Of a DNA stretch of 64,000 nucleotides, positions 54,915-64,000 are shown one piece after another; the first letter of the stretch is position 1, and each line of letters starts with the position of its first letter. Under the pieces are notes generated by a model. The model was not told where the DNA came from. It ran no database searches and saw nothing but the letters and a program-made list of their open reading frames with translations. Where the stretch lies: positions 46,596 through 110,595 of the forward strand of contig JBDTZG010000012.1 of assembly GCA_040005235.1 (NCBI GenBank). The letters run 5' to 3'. Position numbers and translations under genes: made by a program. The DNA comes from Acidobacteriota bacterium. Its GTDB lineage: Bacteria; Acidobacteriota; Thermoanaerobaculia; Multivoradales; UBA5704.

Positions 54915-56870
54915 TTACGGCACTTCGCTGAAGTGGAGATCCATCTCCCAGAAGTAGGTCGGGTCCTCGGTGAAGTTCACGCAGTCGGTCGAGAAATACG
55001 ACAGGCCGGCCGGCACGAAGCCGTCGCTGCGCAGGTCGACCGCGGGACGGTTCGACTTGTTGCTGAAGTTGGGCGTGCTCGGCGGATTCGGGGTCTTCGC
55101 CACCAGGAAGACGTGGCTCTGGGCACCCGTGCGATAGGCGTCGAAGATTTTCTTCGACAGGTTCTTGCGCTCGAAGAACCAGGGCATACGCTCGAACTGC
55201 TGGATCCCGAAGTTGGTCTTCGTTTCGAGCGGGAAGGCCAGGTTGATCGACGCGGTGGTGCCGCTCACCGTGCCGAACGCCAACCACACCTGCTGCATCA
55301 CGCAGACCTGCGACTGGTCGGCAGAAACGCCTTCGATGATGCCGGTGGTGAGCGGCAGATCGAGACCGCCTCGTGCCGCGGCCAGCTGGCTGATCGGGAA
55401 GTCGACGGCGTAGCAGGCACCCGGGGCGAAGTCGAAGTCGGTCATGTTCGGACCGCCCGACTCGGTCACCACCTTCACTTTGTTGGTGACGAAGTTCACG
55501 TTGCTGACCAGCGGGGTGGCGGCGCTCACGGTCACCGGAGTGCTGTCGCCCGGGTACACTTCTTTGGCGGCTTCAAGCGTCGAGTTCCAGAACTCCTCGG
55601 AGAAGGCGTTCAAGCCATAGGTACCGCCGAGGCTCGCGACCGCACCGACGGAAGCGACGCCCTGGGGGAAGAAGTCGACCGCTTCGAGGTCGAGGTCGTA
55701 GGTGCCGAACGGCACGACCAGGCTGTATTTGCCGTCGACTATACCTTCGGCCGCGGGTAGGTTGGTCGACGTGAGCGTGGTCGTGTTGACCGAGACGCGG
55801 GCGTTGCCGACGTAGACCGCGTCGATGAGATCGCCGGTGGAGTGGTTGATTCCGACGACGTCACCGCCGAGCACCGGCAGGTTCAGGTCGCCGTGAGTCA
55901 CGTTTCCTTCGATCTTGCCGTACACGCTGCTGAAGGCCACGTCGCCCGCCTGCAGAGCGGCGGGACCCGATGCCGCAGTACCCTCGGGATAGAGTGTCGA
56001 AGCGGCGATGATGTCGTCCTGTTCGAGCGTCCGCTGGTTGAGGAAGTACAGAGGGTCGTCAAAATCGGTGAAGTTGTACATCGAGGCGTCGTTGGCGTTG
56101 GTGAGGTTGTTGACGTTCGGGATCGTCGAGACGGTCAACCCCATGCCGAAGCCAAGACGGTAGACCATTTCCCTCACGAAGTCGGTCGACCGGGCGTTGA
56201 TGTTCGCCGTCAGCTGCGCCACGTCGCCGGTGATGGTGAACCGGAAACCGTTCGACGCCTTGGTGTTGACGACGATGTCCATGTCGAGGACCGTGCCGCC
56301 GTCGTAGGTGCCGGCCGGCCACTCAAGGTCGCCGTCGCTGTCGAGGTCCGTGCACGTCGTGATCGAGCTCGACACGTCGGAATCGCCGTCGCCGTCGAGG
56401 TCATTGCCGTCCGCGAATACGGAGGTCTCGACCAGCCGGGTCGGGACGTTCGAGGCGATTCCGGCGAATCCGGCGCCCGTACGGAACGTGATTTCGTTGA
56501 TCGTGTCGAACTTGCGCAAGCCGGCGTTGGCGTAGTCTGCGCCCATCTGGAACTGGATATACGAGGTCGGGATCTGGTTCCACTGATCCATCGCCTGCTG
56601 GATTGCGGTCTTCGCATCCGTCACGGTCAAGAACGCCGTGCCGAGCGGATTGGGGACCGGGTTCTGCGTGTTGTTGACGCGAAACACCATCGGAGTGCAC
56701 CGTGCATCCCAATGAAGCGGCACGAAGTTGCCGTAGACCTGACCGGGGATCGACGACGGCGTCCGACCGGTGATGTCGGTCACCATCTGGAAGCCGCCCG
56801 CGTGTGCGACGCTTGCACCGAGCATCAAAGCAAGGGCCGCGACGAGCCCCAGGGCCGTTCGTTTCACCAT
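54915..56870 (-). CDS. Secreted matrixin (M10)-like protein with a degenerate zinc motif
   Basis: Signal peptide; AIQQAMDQWNQI, DTINEITF, DLDGDGDSD Ca motifs, DMDIVVN, ASMY Met-turn, RTLEQDDI..ASTLYP; YRLGFGMGLTV sits where HExGHxxGLxH is expected. Confidence 0.7.
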   Translation of the reverse strand: MVKRTALGLVAALALMLGASVAHAGGFQMVTDITGRTPSSIPGQVYGNFVPLHWDARCTPMVFRVNNTQNPVPNPLGTAFLTVTDAKTAIQQAMDQWNQIPTSYIQFQMGADYANAGLRKFDTINEITFRTGAGFAGIASNVPTRLVETSVFADGNDLDGDGDSDVSSSITTCTDLDSDGDLEWPAGTYDGGTVLDMDIVVNTKASNGFRFTITGDVAQLTANINARSTDFVREMVYRLGFGMGLTVSTIPNVNNLTNANDASMYNFTDFDDPLYFLNQRTLEQDDIIAASTLYPEGTAASGPAALQAGDVAFSSVYGKIEGNVTHGDLNLPVLGGDVVGINHSTGDLIDAVYVGNARVSVNTTTLTSTNLPAAEGIVDGKYSLVVPFGTYDLDLEAVDFFPQGVASVGAVASLGGTYGLNAFSEEFWNSTLEAAKEVYPGDSTPVTVSAATPLVSNVNFVTNKVKVVTESGGPNMTDFDFAPGACYAVDFPISQLAAARGGLDLPLTTGIIEGVSADQSQVCVMQQVWLAFGTVSGTTASINLAFPLETKTNFGIQQFERMPWFFERKNLSKKIFDAYRTGAQSHVFLVAKTPNPPSTPNFSNKSNRPAVDLRSDGFVPAGLSYFSTDCVNFTEDPTYFWEMDLHFSEVP

Positions 56871-57215
56871 ATCGCTTCTCCTTGGCCCTTAAAGGGCGAA
56901 TTTTTGTTCCCCGTAGGGATGTTTTCAAGCGCTTGCAGCGAGGCTTGGTGGAGCCTCAGGCCATGGCATTCGGGTCGATTTCCATCCCGGGACGCAAGAA
57001 CCGGCCGCCGCGACGGGCTCTCACCGCGATCACCCCCGCTCGGAGTTCGAATGGGAGATCAGCTGGAGGGCTGGCGGTGAAGAGGTCGAAGGGCCGGAAC
57101 AGGGTCCACGTCAACAGTGCCGCTTCAGGAGAAATCCGTGACATCCGGAGCGCCGTATAGGGCAGCCCAACGCCTGGCGAAGCTCGATCGTATGAAAGGG
57201 ACATCAGGAGAGGAA

Positions 57216-59294
57216 ATGCCACCCGAGCCCTTGACGACCCCCTTCACCTCATCCCTTACGAACTTCCGCCTGTCGCGCGTCGGGCGTGTCGTCGTTGCGC
57301 TGACCCTGGGATTCGGCCTTTGCCGGATCGCCCAGGCCGGCGTAGATCGTTGGACGCCCTACGGCCCGGGCGAAGGCGCACTGCAATCCCTGGTCGCCTC
57401 GACCCGCGGCGAGATGTATGTCACCTCGTATTTCACGGTCGGCGAGGTCTGGCAGCTTCCCGACGTCAACGCCTTCTGGCGCTGGCGCGGGTCGGGGTTC
57501 GGCCAGCCGGCCCCGCCGGGGATCACGGCTCTGGCGATTCACCCGAAGAATCCGAGCGCACTGTGGGCGATCGCCACCGACAGGACCTCCGTTGCTCAGA
57601 GCGTCTTCCGCTCGACCGACGCCGGAGCGTCATGGCGCAAGCTCTACACCGGCGACAGCGATTTTCAAATCGCCCGGCTGACCATCGCCCCGACCGCCCG
57701 CTCGGTCGTGCTGCTCGCCGAGACCGGCCGCGGCGCACCGAAACGGCTCTGGCGCAGCAGCGACCTCGGCGTTTCCTGGACGGAGGTTCCGGGCGTCCTC
57801 GGGCCGGTCGCCGCGGCGCCCGACGAACCGGGCACGGTCTATGCCGTCGCCGCCTCGGGTTTGAACCTGGTCAAGAGCGTCGACGGCGGCGCCACGTTCC
57901 ACCCGGCCGGCGCGCTGCCGATCGAAGAGGGGGACGAGGTCCGCGCGCTTCACGCCACCTACGGCCGGCCGGCGCTGGTGTTGGCGTCGCTCCGCGCAGG
58001 CGGCCTGTACCGGAGCACCAACGGCGGCGGCGCCTGGCGGCGGACGGGGTTCCGCGGCGTCGGTCCCGGCGTGATCGCCTCCGAGCCCGCCGATCCGCGG
58101 AAGATCTACTTCGCCAACATCATCGGCCTCTATGCAAGCGACCACGGGGCTCAGGTCGGCAGCTTCCGGACCGTCGCCAACCTCTCCTTCGGTCTTCTCG
58201 CCGGCAAGGAGCCCACGGCGCTCGCCGCGGCTGCCGGGGGACCCTACTTCCTGGCCGGCAATGACCTCTATCGCTACGGCACTCCCAACGGTTTCTCTCC
58301 GGTGAACAAGACCGGCATCGAAGCTTTCGGCGTCGCCGAGCTGCGCATCTCACCGGTCGATCCTTCCTTCATCACCTTGCGCCGCTATACCGGCTGCATC
58401 CGCGATTCCTGCGATTTCCGAACCCTCCTGTCGACCGACGGCGGCGCGACGTTTTCGCGGGTCGGAGCGCAGATTTCCGCCCGGTCCTTCGTCGACGCGG
58501 CGGACCTGGCGTTCGATCCAGCCGATCCTCATCGCCGACTCGTCGGCCTGTTCGCGGGGCTTGTTCTGCTCCATGAGCCCGACGACACAGGCCTCGGCCG
58601 TCAGGTCTATTCCGGCCCGGTCCGAACGGTCGAATTCGGCGCGGGAGGCGTTCTATTGGTGGGCGGCCTCGACGGCATCCACCGGAGCGACGACGATGGC
58701 TCGACCTGGACCCAGACGCTCGACACCGTCGTCCCGCCGTCACCCGAGCATCCAGCAGGCGGCTCGCGACGAGTCGTCAACCTGGAGGCCGACCCGTACT
58801 CTCCGGAGAAACTGATCGCGGGCGTGCTCGAATTCACCTCCAACTTCCCGCGCGATCAGGGAATCTCGGCCCTCTATCGCAGCACGGATGCCGGCATCAC
58901 CTGGACCCAACTGCGCGACGGCGGCCGCCGGATCGAATTCATCCCTGGCACGCCCTCGAGCTTCTACCTACTGATCGGCAGCGGGACGGACACGGAGCTG
59001 CGCCGGAGCGACGACTTCGGCACGACCTCCACCCTGATCCACACGTTTCCGCTCTTCGAATTCGCCAGCGACGTGGCGGCCGATCCCAACGGCTCTGGCG
59101 ACCTCTACCTTGCGTCCCGCCTGGGCGTCCGGAGAAGCCGCGACGGGGGCGCTACTTGGGAGGCTACCCCAGGCGGGTTCAATCCCTTCGGCCCCTATCG
59201 TCGCGAGGTCGACCAGGTTCAAGTAGCTCCCGACGGACGGCTGATCGCGGCCCCGGGCGACGGCGGGCTGTTCGAGAATCGGCTGTCGAATTGA
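57216..59294 (+). CDS. Secreted BNR/Asp-box repeat beta-propeller protein
   Basis: Repeated S-x-D-x-G-x-(S/T)-W/F motifs (RSTDAGASW, KSVDGGATF, RSDDDGSTW, RSRDGGATW); AGVDRWTPYGP N-terminus. Start uncertain (57192 or 57216). Confidence 0.85.
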   Translation: MPPEPLTTPFTSSLTNFRLSRVGRVVVALTLGFGLCRIAQAGVDRWTPYGPGEGALQSLVASTRGEMYVTSYFTVGEVWQLPDVNAFWRWRGSGFGQPAPPGITALAIHPKNPSALWAIATDRTSVAQSVFRSTDAGASWRKLYTGDSDFQIARLTIAPTARSVVLLAETGRGAPKRLWRSSDLGVSWTEVPGVLGPVAAAPDEPGTVYAVAASGLNLVKSVDGGATFHPAGALPIEEGDEVRALHATYGRPALVLASLRAGGLYRSTNGGGAWRRTGFRGVGPGVIASEPADPRKIYFANIIGLYASDHGAQVGSFRTVANLSFGLLAGKEPTALAAAAGGPYFLAGNDLYRYGTPNGFSPVNKTGIEAFGVAELRISPVDPSFITLRRYTGCIRDSCDFRTLLSTDGGATFSRVGAQISARSFVDAADLAFDPADPHRRLVGLFAGLVLLHEPDDTGLGRQVYSGPVRTVEFGAGGVLLVGGLDGIHRSDDDGSTWTQTLDTVVPPSPEHPAGGSRRVVNLEADPYSPEKLIAGVLEFTSNFPRDQGISALYRSTDAGITWTQLRDGGRRIEFIPGTPSSFYLLIGSGTDTELRRSDDFGTTSTLIHTFPLFEFASDVAADPNGSGDLYLASRLGVRRSRDGGATWEATPGGFNPFGPYRREVDQVQVAPDGRLIAAPGDGGLFENRLSN

Positions 59295-59304
59295 GCGGCG
59301 AAGC

Positions 59305-59979
59305 TCAGACCAGCTCGGCGAGCATTTTCTCGAGCACCTGATCGACGCCCAAGCCGGTCGCGTCGATCCGCACGTAGCTCTCATCGCAGGTGAGCGGCGA
59401 ATCGGCGCGGCTGCGGTCGCGCCGATCGCGTTCGGCGAGATCGGCTTCGACCTCCTCGCGCGGCACGGCGCGTCCGGTCTCCGCGAGTTGGGCATGGCGG
59501 CGCTCGGCGCGAATCCCCGGATCGGCATCCAGGAAGAATTTGTACCGCGCCTCGGGAAACACCCGGGTGCCGATGTCGCGCCCCTCCAGCACTCCCCCAA
59601 GCCGCTCGGCGGTCGCCCGCTGGAGCGCCACCATCCGCGCCCGGACGCCCGGATGGGCGGAGACCGCCGAGGAGGCGAGCCCGACCTCCGGCGTACGGAT
59701 GCGCGATTCGACCGGAACGCCGTCGAGCAGCACTCGATAGCTGCCGTCGCCCGCCGGTTCGAGCCGGATGTCGGCCCGCTCGGCGAGCGCTTCGACCGAT
59801 CGCCGATCGTCGGGATCGAGACCGGAGTCGAGGGCGGCGAGCGCCAGCGTCCTGTACATCGCGCCGGTATCCAGATAGGGCACGCCGAGCCGCGCGGCGA
59901 GCCGCCGCGCGATGGTCGATTTTCCCGCGCCGGAGGGACCGTCGATCGCGACGACGAGCGGAGACCTATCTCCGCTCAC
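59305..59979 (-). CDS. cmk: Cytidylate kinase
   Basis: AIDGPSGAGKST, YLDTGAMYR, EGRDIGT.VFP.A, RDRRDRSRADSPL. Confidence 0.96.
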   Translation of the reverse strand: MSGDRSPLVVAIDGPSGAGKSTIARRLAARLGVPYLDTGAMYRTLALAALDSGLDPDDRRSVEALAERADIRLEPAGDGSYRVLLDGVPVESRIRTPEVGLASSAVSAHPGVRARMVALQRATAERLGGVLEGRDIGTRVFPEARYKFFLDADPGIRAERRHAQLAETGRAVPREEVEADLAERDRRDRSRADSPLTCDESYVRIDATGLGVDQVLEKMLAELV

Positions 59980-61721
59980 CGGCCGCTCCGGCCTCCGGGT
60001 TTACCGCCCGGCCGGCCGGCGCCGCCCGATCGGCCGGGAGGCCGCCCCGAAGGACGTCCGGAAGCCGGGCGACCCGAAGCGGGACGATCTGACGACGGGC
60101 GACCGCCGGCCGGCCGGCCCGAAGAGGGGCGGCCCGCAGGTCCGGAAGACGGCCGCCCCGGAGGACGTCCCGAGGTCGGACGGCCCGAAGGCTTGGCGCC
60201 CGGACGATCCGAGGCCGGACGAACCGGGCGATCGGAGCGGTCTGATCGCCGAGCGGGGCCGGCACCCGCGCCGGCACGTTCCGGCGGCCGGCCCGCAGAC
60301 CGACCGGCAGGTCGCGCTCCCGGTCCGCCGCTGCTTCCGGTGGGACGGCCCGCGGGGCGCCCGGTCGGACGGGAGGTCGGCCGGCCCGCGGGTCTGCCGC
60401 GTTCCTCGAAATCGGTTCCGGGCGGCGGGTAGGGTCCGCTTCGCGGCCGGGGCGCACCGGGAATACCCCCCGCGGCGCGCGGCGGGCGTGCGGCAAGCGG
60501 CGAGCGCGGGCGGCCGGCGGGAGGACCGCTGCGCTCGCGATCGAATCCCGAACGCGACGGGGTCTCGCTCGATCTGCTCGATGCGCTCGATCCGGGCGAT
60601 CCGCTCGGCACCCGCGGAACGCTCCGAGGTGGACGCGGCGCCGGCCGGCCCCCCCGCTCTTCGCCGGGACTCTGAGTCGCCGTCCCCGCTCGACGGGGCG
60701 CGGCCGGTCGAACCTCCTCCAACCTCGGCAGCAGCAGAGTCCGGGAAACCCTCTCCGGCGCCGCCGGTCGTTCCGGCTTCTCGGGCCTTTCCGCACTTTC
60801 AGGACCCTCGGGCCGCGCCGGCCGGGGTGCCCTGGGCGCCCGCGGCAAATCGGCCGCCTTCTCTTCACCCTTCGCGCGCCACCTGCGAATTTCGGGGAAC
60901 CGTTCGGAGGTTCCTGCCATCTTACGTACTCTGCCGCTCGTGGCACTGGGCAGCGGATCGCTCGTTCGGCTCCCCTGCCGGAGCATCTCGACCTCGCGGG
61001 GGTTAAGCTCGCGGATCGAGCCGAGCGGCAGGCTCGGATCGGTCAGGCCGCCGATCGCCACGCGGCGCAGCTTGCCCACCGGATGGCCGATGCGTTGGAA
61101 CATCTCGCGGATCTGCCGCGTCCGCCCCTGGGAAAGCTCGACGTTCCACCAGGTGTTTTCGCTGTCCACCCCCTTCGGACGCGTCACGGTCCGCGGCTCG
61201 ATCCGGCACGGGGCGGTGCGCTCGCCGTCGAGCACGATCCCCTCGCGCAGGCGATCGAGATCGCGCTCCGCCGGCCGGCCGGAGACCTTCACCTCGTAGG
61301 TCTTCCGGCAGCCGTAGCGCGGGTGGGCGACCCGGTTGGCGAAGTCGCCGTCGTCGGTGAGCAGGATCAAGCCTTCGGTCAGGAAGTCGAGCCGGCCGAC
61401 CGGCACCAGCGCCTTCCTCAACGCCGGAGGGACCAGGTCGATCACGGTCGGCCGGCCGGCCGGATCGGCGACCGTCGTCATCACGCCGCGCGGCTTGTTG
61501 AGCAGCAGGTAGCGGTGCTCTTTCGGCAGCAGGATCCGCTTGCCGTCGAGCTTGATCGAATCGTGCTCCGGGTCGGCTTTCTGCCCCAGCTCGGCGGGTT
61601 GGCCGTTGACCGTCACTCTGCCTTCCGTGATCAGCGTTTCGGCCTCTCGGCGCGAGCTGACTCCGGCTCGGGCAAGGATCTTCTGAATACGGTCGCCGCC
61701 GCGCGGTTTTTCGTCGTTCAT
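59976..61721 (-). CDS. rluB: RluB-type rRNA pseudouridine synthase with a long disordered C-terminal tail
   Basis: S4 domain RIQKILARAGVSSRREAE; LNKPRG; VGRLDFLTEGL; GRTRQIR; ~330-aa R/P/G/S tail. Confidence 0.88.
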   Translation of the reverse strand: MNDEKPRGGDRIQKILARAGVSSRREAETLITEGRVTVNGQPAELGQKADPEHDSIKLDGKRILLPKEHRYLLLNKPRGVMTTVADPAGRPTVIDLVPPALRKALVPVGRLDFLTEGLILLTDDGDFANRVAHPRYGCRKTYEVKVSGRPAERDLDRLREGIVLDGERTAPCRIEPRTVTRPKGVDSENTWWNVELSQGRTRQIREMFQRIGHPVGKLRRVAIGGLTDPSLPLGSIRELNPREVEMLRQGSRTSDPLPSATSGRVRKMAGTSERFPEIRRWRAKGEEKAADLPRAPRAPRPARPEGPESAERPEKPERPAAPERVSRTLLLPRLEEVRPAAPRRAGTATQSPGEERGGRPAPRPPRSVPRVPSGSPGSSASSRSSETPSRSGFDRERSGPPAGRPRSPLAARPPRAAGGIPGAPRPRSGPYPPPGTDFEERGRPAGRPTSRPTGRPAGRPTGSSGGPGARPAGRSAGRPPERAGAGAGPARRSDRSDRPVRPASDRPGAKPSGRPTSGRPPGRPSSGPAGRPSSGRPAGGRPSSDRPASGRPASGRPSGRPPGRSGGAGRPGGKPGGRSGR

Positions 61722-62710
61722 CGCCTACTCCCGGCCTCGACCGACTCGGAGGCCTCCTGGCGCGCTTCGATCTCCTCGGATTGCTCCAGAAGCTCGCGCT
61801 CGCGCGATTCGTCGGCGGCCGAAAGGTCGGCGACGTGGACTGCGGATTCTTCGTCCGGACTTATTTCCGAAACGTCCGAGGCTGCCTCGGAGGGCTCCGG
61901 ATTAAATTCGGCATTCATCCCGGTATTCGCCCCGGCATTCACCTCAGGCGTCTCGGGCGCCTGGGGCACCGCATCGAGCGAACGGTCGACCAGGTTCGAG
62001 TCGCTGCCGAACGTCTCTTCGAACTCTTCGAGCGGCGGCAGGTCGGCCAGGCTCTTGAGCCCGAAATGGACCAGAAACTCCCGGGTCGTGCCGTAGAGGA
62101 AGGGCTTGCCCACCACTTCTTTTCGCCCGGTGATTCGCACCAGCCGCCGTTCGAGCAGGGTCTTCAAGGTGCCGGATGCGCTGACGTTTCGCAGCTCTTG
62201 GATTTCCGGCCCGGTGATCGGCTGCCGGTAGGCGACGATCGCCAAGGTTTCGAGCGCGGCCATCGACAGCTTCGTCCCGGAGGCCACCTCGAAGAAGCGG
62301 CGCAGCCAGCCGACCAGCTCCGGCCGGGTCGCCAGGCGGACTCCGCCGGCCACCTCTTCTGCCATGAAGCCGCGGCCGACCTGCGGGCCGAACCGTTCGA
62401 GCACCGAATCGATCGCCGCCTCCGCCTCCGCGCGATCCTCCTCGTCGAACAGCTCGGCGAGCTTGCCACGCGGCACCGGCTCGGAGGAGACGAACAGGAT
62501 CGCCTCGATCGCGATCTCCATCTCGGCCCGCTCGGTCGGCCGGCGCTCGCGCCGACGCCGCACGGGGGCCTCGGACACCTCGGGCGATTCCGCCGTCTCG
62601 GGCGTCTCGACGGCCTCCGCAGGCTCCGCAGCTTCCGACGCTTGCGAACCCTCGGGCGCCTCGGGCGCCGCTTCGAGCTCGTCGATCGATTCTTCTCGTT
62701 CGTCGTTCAT
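61718..62710 (-). CDS. scpB: SMC-Scp complex subunit ScpB
   Basis: IEAILFVS.EP, LSMAALETLAIVAYRQPIT, GKPFLYGTTREFL.HFGL.SL.DLP. Confidence 0.95.
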   Translation of the reverse strand: MNDEREESIDELEAAPEAPEGSQASEAAEPAEAVETPETAESPEVSEAPVRRRRERRPTERAEMEIAIEAILFVSSEPVPRGKLAELFDEEDRAEAEAAIDSVLERFGPQVGRGFMAEEVAGGVRLATRPELVGWLRRFFEVASGTKLSMAALETLAIVAYRQPITGPEIQELRNVSASGTLKTLLERRLVRITGRKEVVGKPFLYGTTREFLVHFGLKSLADLPPLEEFEETFGSDSNLVDRSLDAVPQAPETPEVNAGANTGMNAEFNPEPSEAASDVSEISPDEESAVHVADLSAADESRERELLEQSEEIEARQEASESVEAGSRR

Positions 62711-63525
62711 CCGAGAAACGTCTCCAATTCGTCATGTCCCACTTCCCGGGTCGTGCGGTAGAGCAGCAGCTCGCCGTCCCCGGTCTGATGAATGCGCACC
62801 AGGTTCAAACGCGCCAGCTCCAGGACGGCGAGAAAACAGGCGATCGCCTCGGAACGGCAGGACAGGCGGCGCAGGTCTTCGAGCAGGTCGTACGGCCGCG
62901 CGGCCGAAAGCACGCCGAGCAACCGGTCGAATTGGCCGCGGACCGAGAACGTCTCGCCGGAGAGCAGCATGGCCGGCGGGTGCTCTTTGTCGTACCGCTC
63001 CATCGCCTTCTTGAACGCGCCGAGCAGGTCGAACAGCGAAACCTCGCCGAGGTCGATCGTCGCCTCTTCCTCTTCGGGCTCGGGGCCGAGATCGACCTTT
63101 TGCGCCCTCCGCGGCCAGACCCCGGCGCGCATGCGGTCCACCTCGGCGAGCGATTGCGCGGCGTCCTTCAAGCGGCGATATTCGAGCAGGCGGGCGACGA
63201 GATCCTGGCGCGGGTCTTCGTCGATCACCGTGCCTTCGAGCGTCTTTGGCCGCGGCAGCAGCAGCCGCGATTTCAGATGGATCAAGAGCGCCGCTTCGTA
63301 GATGTACTCGGCCGCGATGTCGAGGTTCAAGATCTCCATCAGCGCCAGATATTCGTGAAACTGATCGCAGATCGTCGCCACGGGGATGTCCGAGATCTCG
63401 ACCTTGTTGACCTTGATCAGCTGGAGCAACAGGTCAAGCGGCCCATCGAATACCGGCAGGTGCACCCGCCACGAGGCCGGCAGCAGCCCCGGGGTGGGAA
63501 TATCGGAACGGATCTCTCGACTCAC
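62707..63525 (-). CDS. scpA: Segregation/condensation protein ScpA (kleisin)
   Basis: FDGPLDLLLQLI, LKSRLLLP, DPR..LV.RLLEY, FLAVLEL; GTGA overlap with trpS. Confidence 0.95.
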   Translation of the reverse strand: MSREIRSDIPTPGLLPASWRVHLPVFDGPLDLLLQLIKVNKVEISDIPVATICDQFHEYLALMEILNLDIAAEYIYEAALLIHLKSRLLLPRPKTLEGTVIDEDPRQDLVARLLEYRRLKDAAQSLAEVDRMRAGVWPRRAQKVDLGPEPEEEEATIDLGEVSLFDLLGAFKKAMERYDKEHPPAMLLSGETFSVRGQFDRLLGVLSAARPYDLLEDLRRLSCRSEAIACFLAVLELARLNLVRIHQTGDGELLLYRTTREVGHDELETFLG

Positions 63526-64000
63526 GCCGAGACTTTCGCCGACAGCACGGTCGAGTAATCGAGCTTCATCGCCGCGCGGGTGAGCTCCATGGTCTCCCGC
63601 GCGATCTCGCGAGCCCGGGCGGAGCCGTCGATCAGAATGTCCATCAGCGCGCCGCGGTCGCCCACCAGCTCGGCGCGCCGCTGCTGCATCGGCGCGAGGA
63701 AGTCGATGATCTGCTCGGCGAGCAGCTTCTTGTCGTCGACGCAGCCGATCTCGGCGGCCAGGCACCGGCGCTCGACGTCCGCGCACAGCTCAGGGCTGGA
63801 GATCAGTTTGTGAAACTGAAAAAGGTTGCAGACGCTCGGCCGGCCCGGATCTTTCCGGAACAGGCGCTGGGGGTCGGTGAACATCTCCTTGCATTTCCGG
63901 CGGATCTCGTCGGGCGTGTCGGAGAGGTGGATCGCATTGCCGTACGACTTCGACATCTTGCGGCCGTCGATCCCCGGCACCTTGGGCGTCGGCGTAAACA
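63522..64000 (-). CDS. trpS: Tryptophan--tRNA ligase, C-terminal part (starts beyond the right edge)
   Basis: PKVPGIDGRKMSKSYGN (KMSKS), MFTDPQR...DPG.P..CN, IGCVDDKK; typical trpS-scpA-scpB-rluB order. Confidence 0.95.
   Translation of the reverse strand, partial: FTPTPKVPGIDGRKMSKSYGNAIHLSDTPDEIRRKCKEMFTDPQRLFRKDPGRPSVCNLFQFHKLISSPELCADVERRCLAAEIGCVDDKKLLAEQIIDFLAPMQQRRAELVGDRGALMDILIDGSARAREIARETMELTRAAMKLDYSTVLSAKVSA

Noticed and set aside
56871-57215. Intergenic region as a possible sRNA or riboswitch
   Set aside because: No recognisable conserved RNA motif or terminator; it is consistent with a divergent promoter region.

Overview
This is a high-GC bacterial chromosomal segment. Its gene content and surface-protein domains suggest Acidobacteriota, possibly Thermoanaerobaculia-like, but that is inference. 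Housekeeping genes anchor both ends: valS with a RomR-like regulator on the left, and trpS-scpA-scpB-rluB-cmk on the right. Between them lie a glycosylation cluster, many secreted or surface proteins, accC/accB-type genes, nth, arfB, a vapBC module, two divergent sigma factors (one coupled to a membrane Ser/Thr kinase), a HI0933-family flavoprotein and ggt. The most notable items are: (1) a bacterial homologue of the eukaryotic PCO/ADO N-terminal-cysteine/cysteamine dioxygenases, coupled to an unknown 416-aa protein and divergent from an ATP-grasp ligase; (2) an MtoABD/CymA-like porin-cytochrome conduit with no MtrC; (3) three paralogous secreted proteins with an unrecognised domain, driven by two near-identical sigma54 promoters; (4) a matrixin-like protein that has lost its zinc motif; (5) a blue-copper/Calx-beta protein with a tandem-duplicated unknown domain; (6) an in-phase 21-bp degenerate array and two small repeat families. 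I found no rRNA, tRNA, CRISPR array, transposase or integrase. All family calls come from motif recognition by eye; no database search was run.
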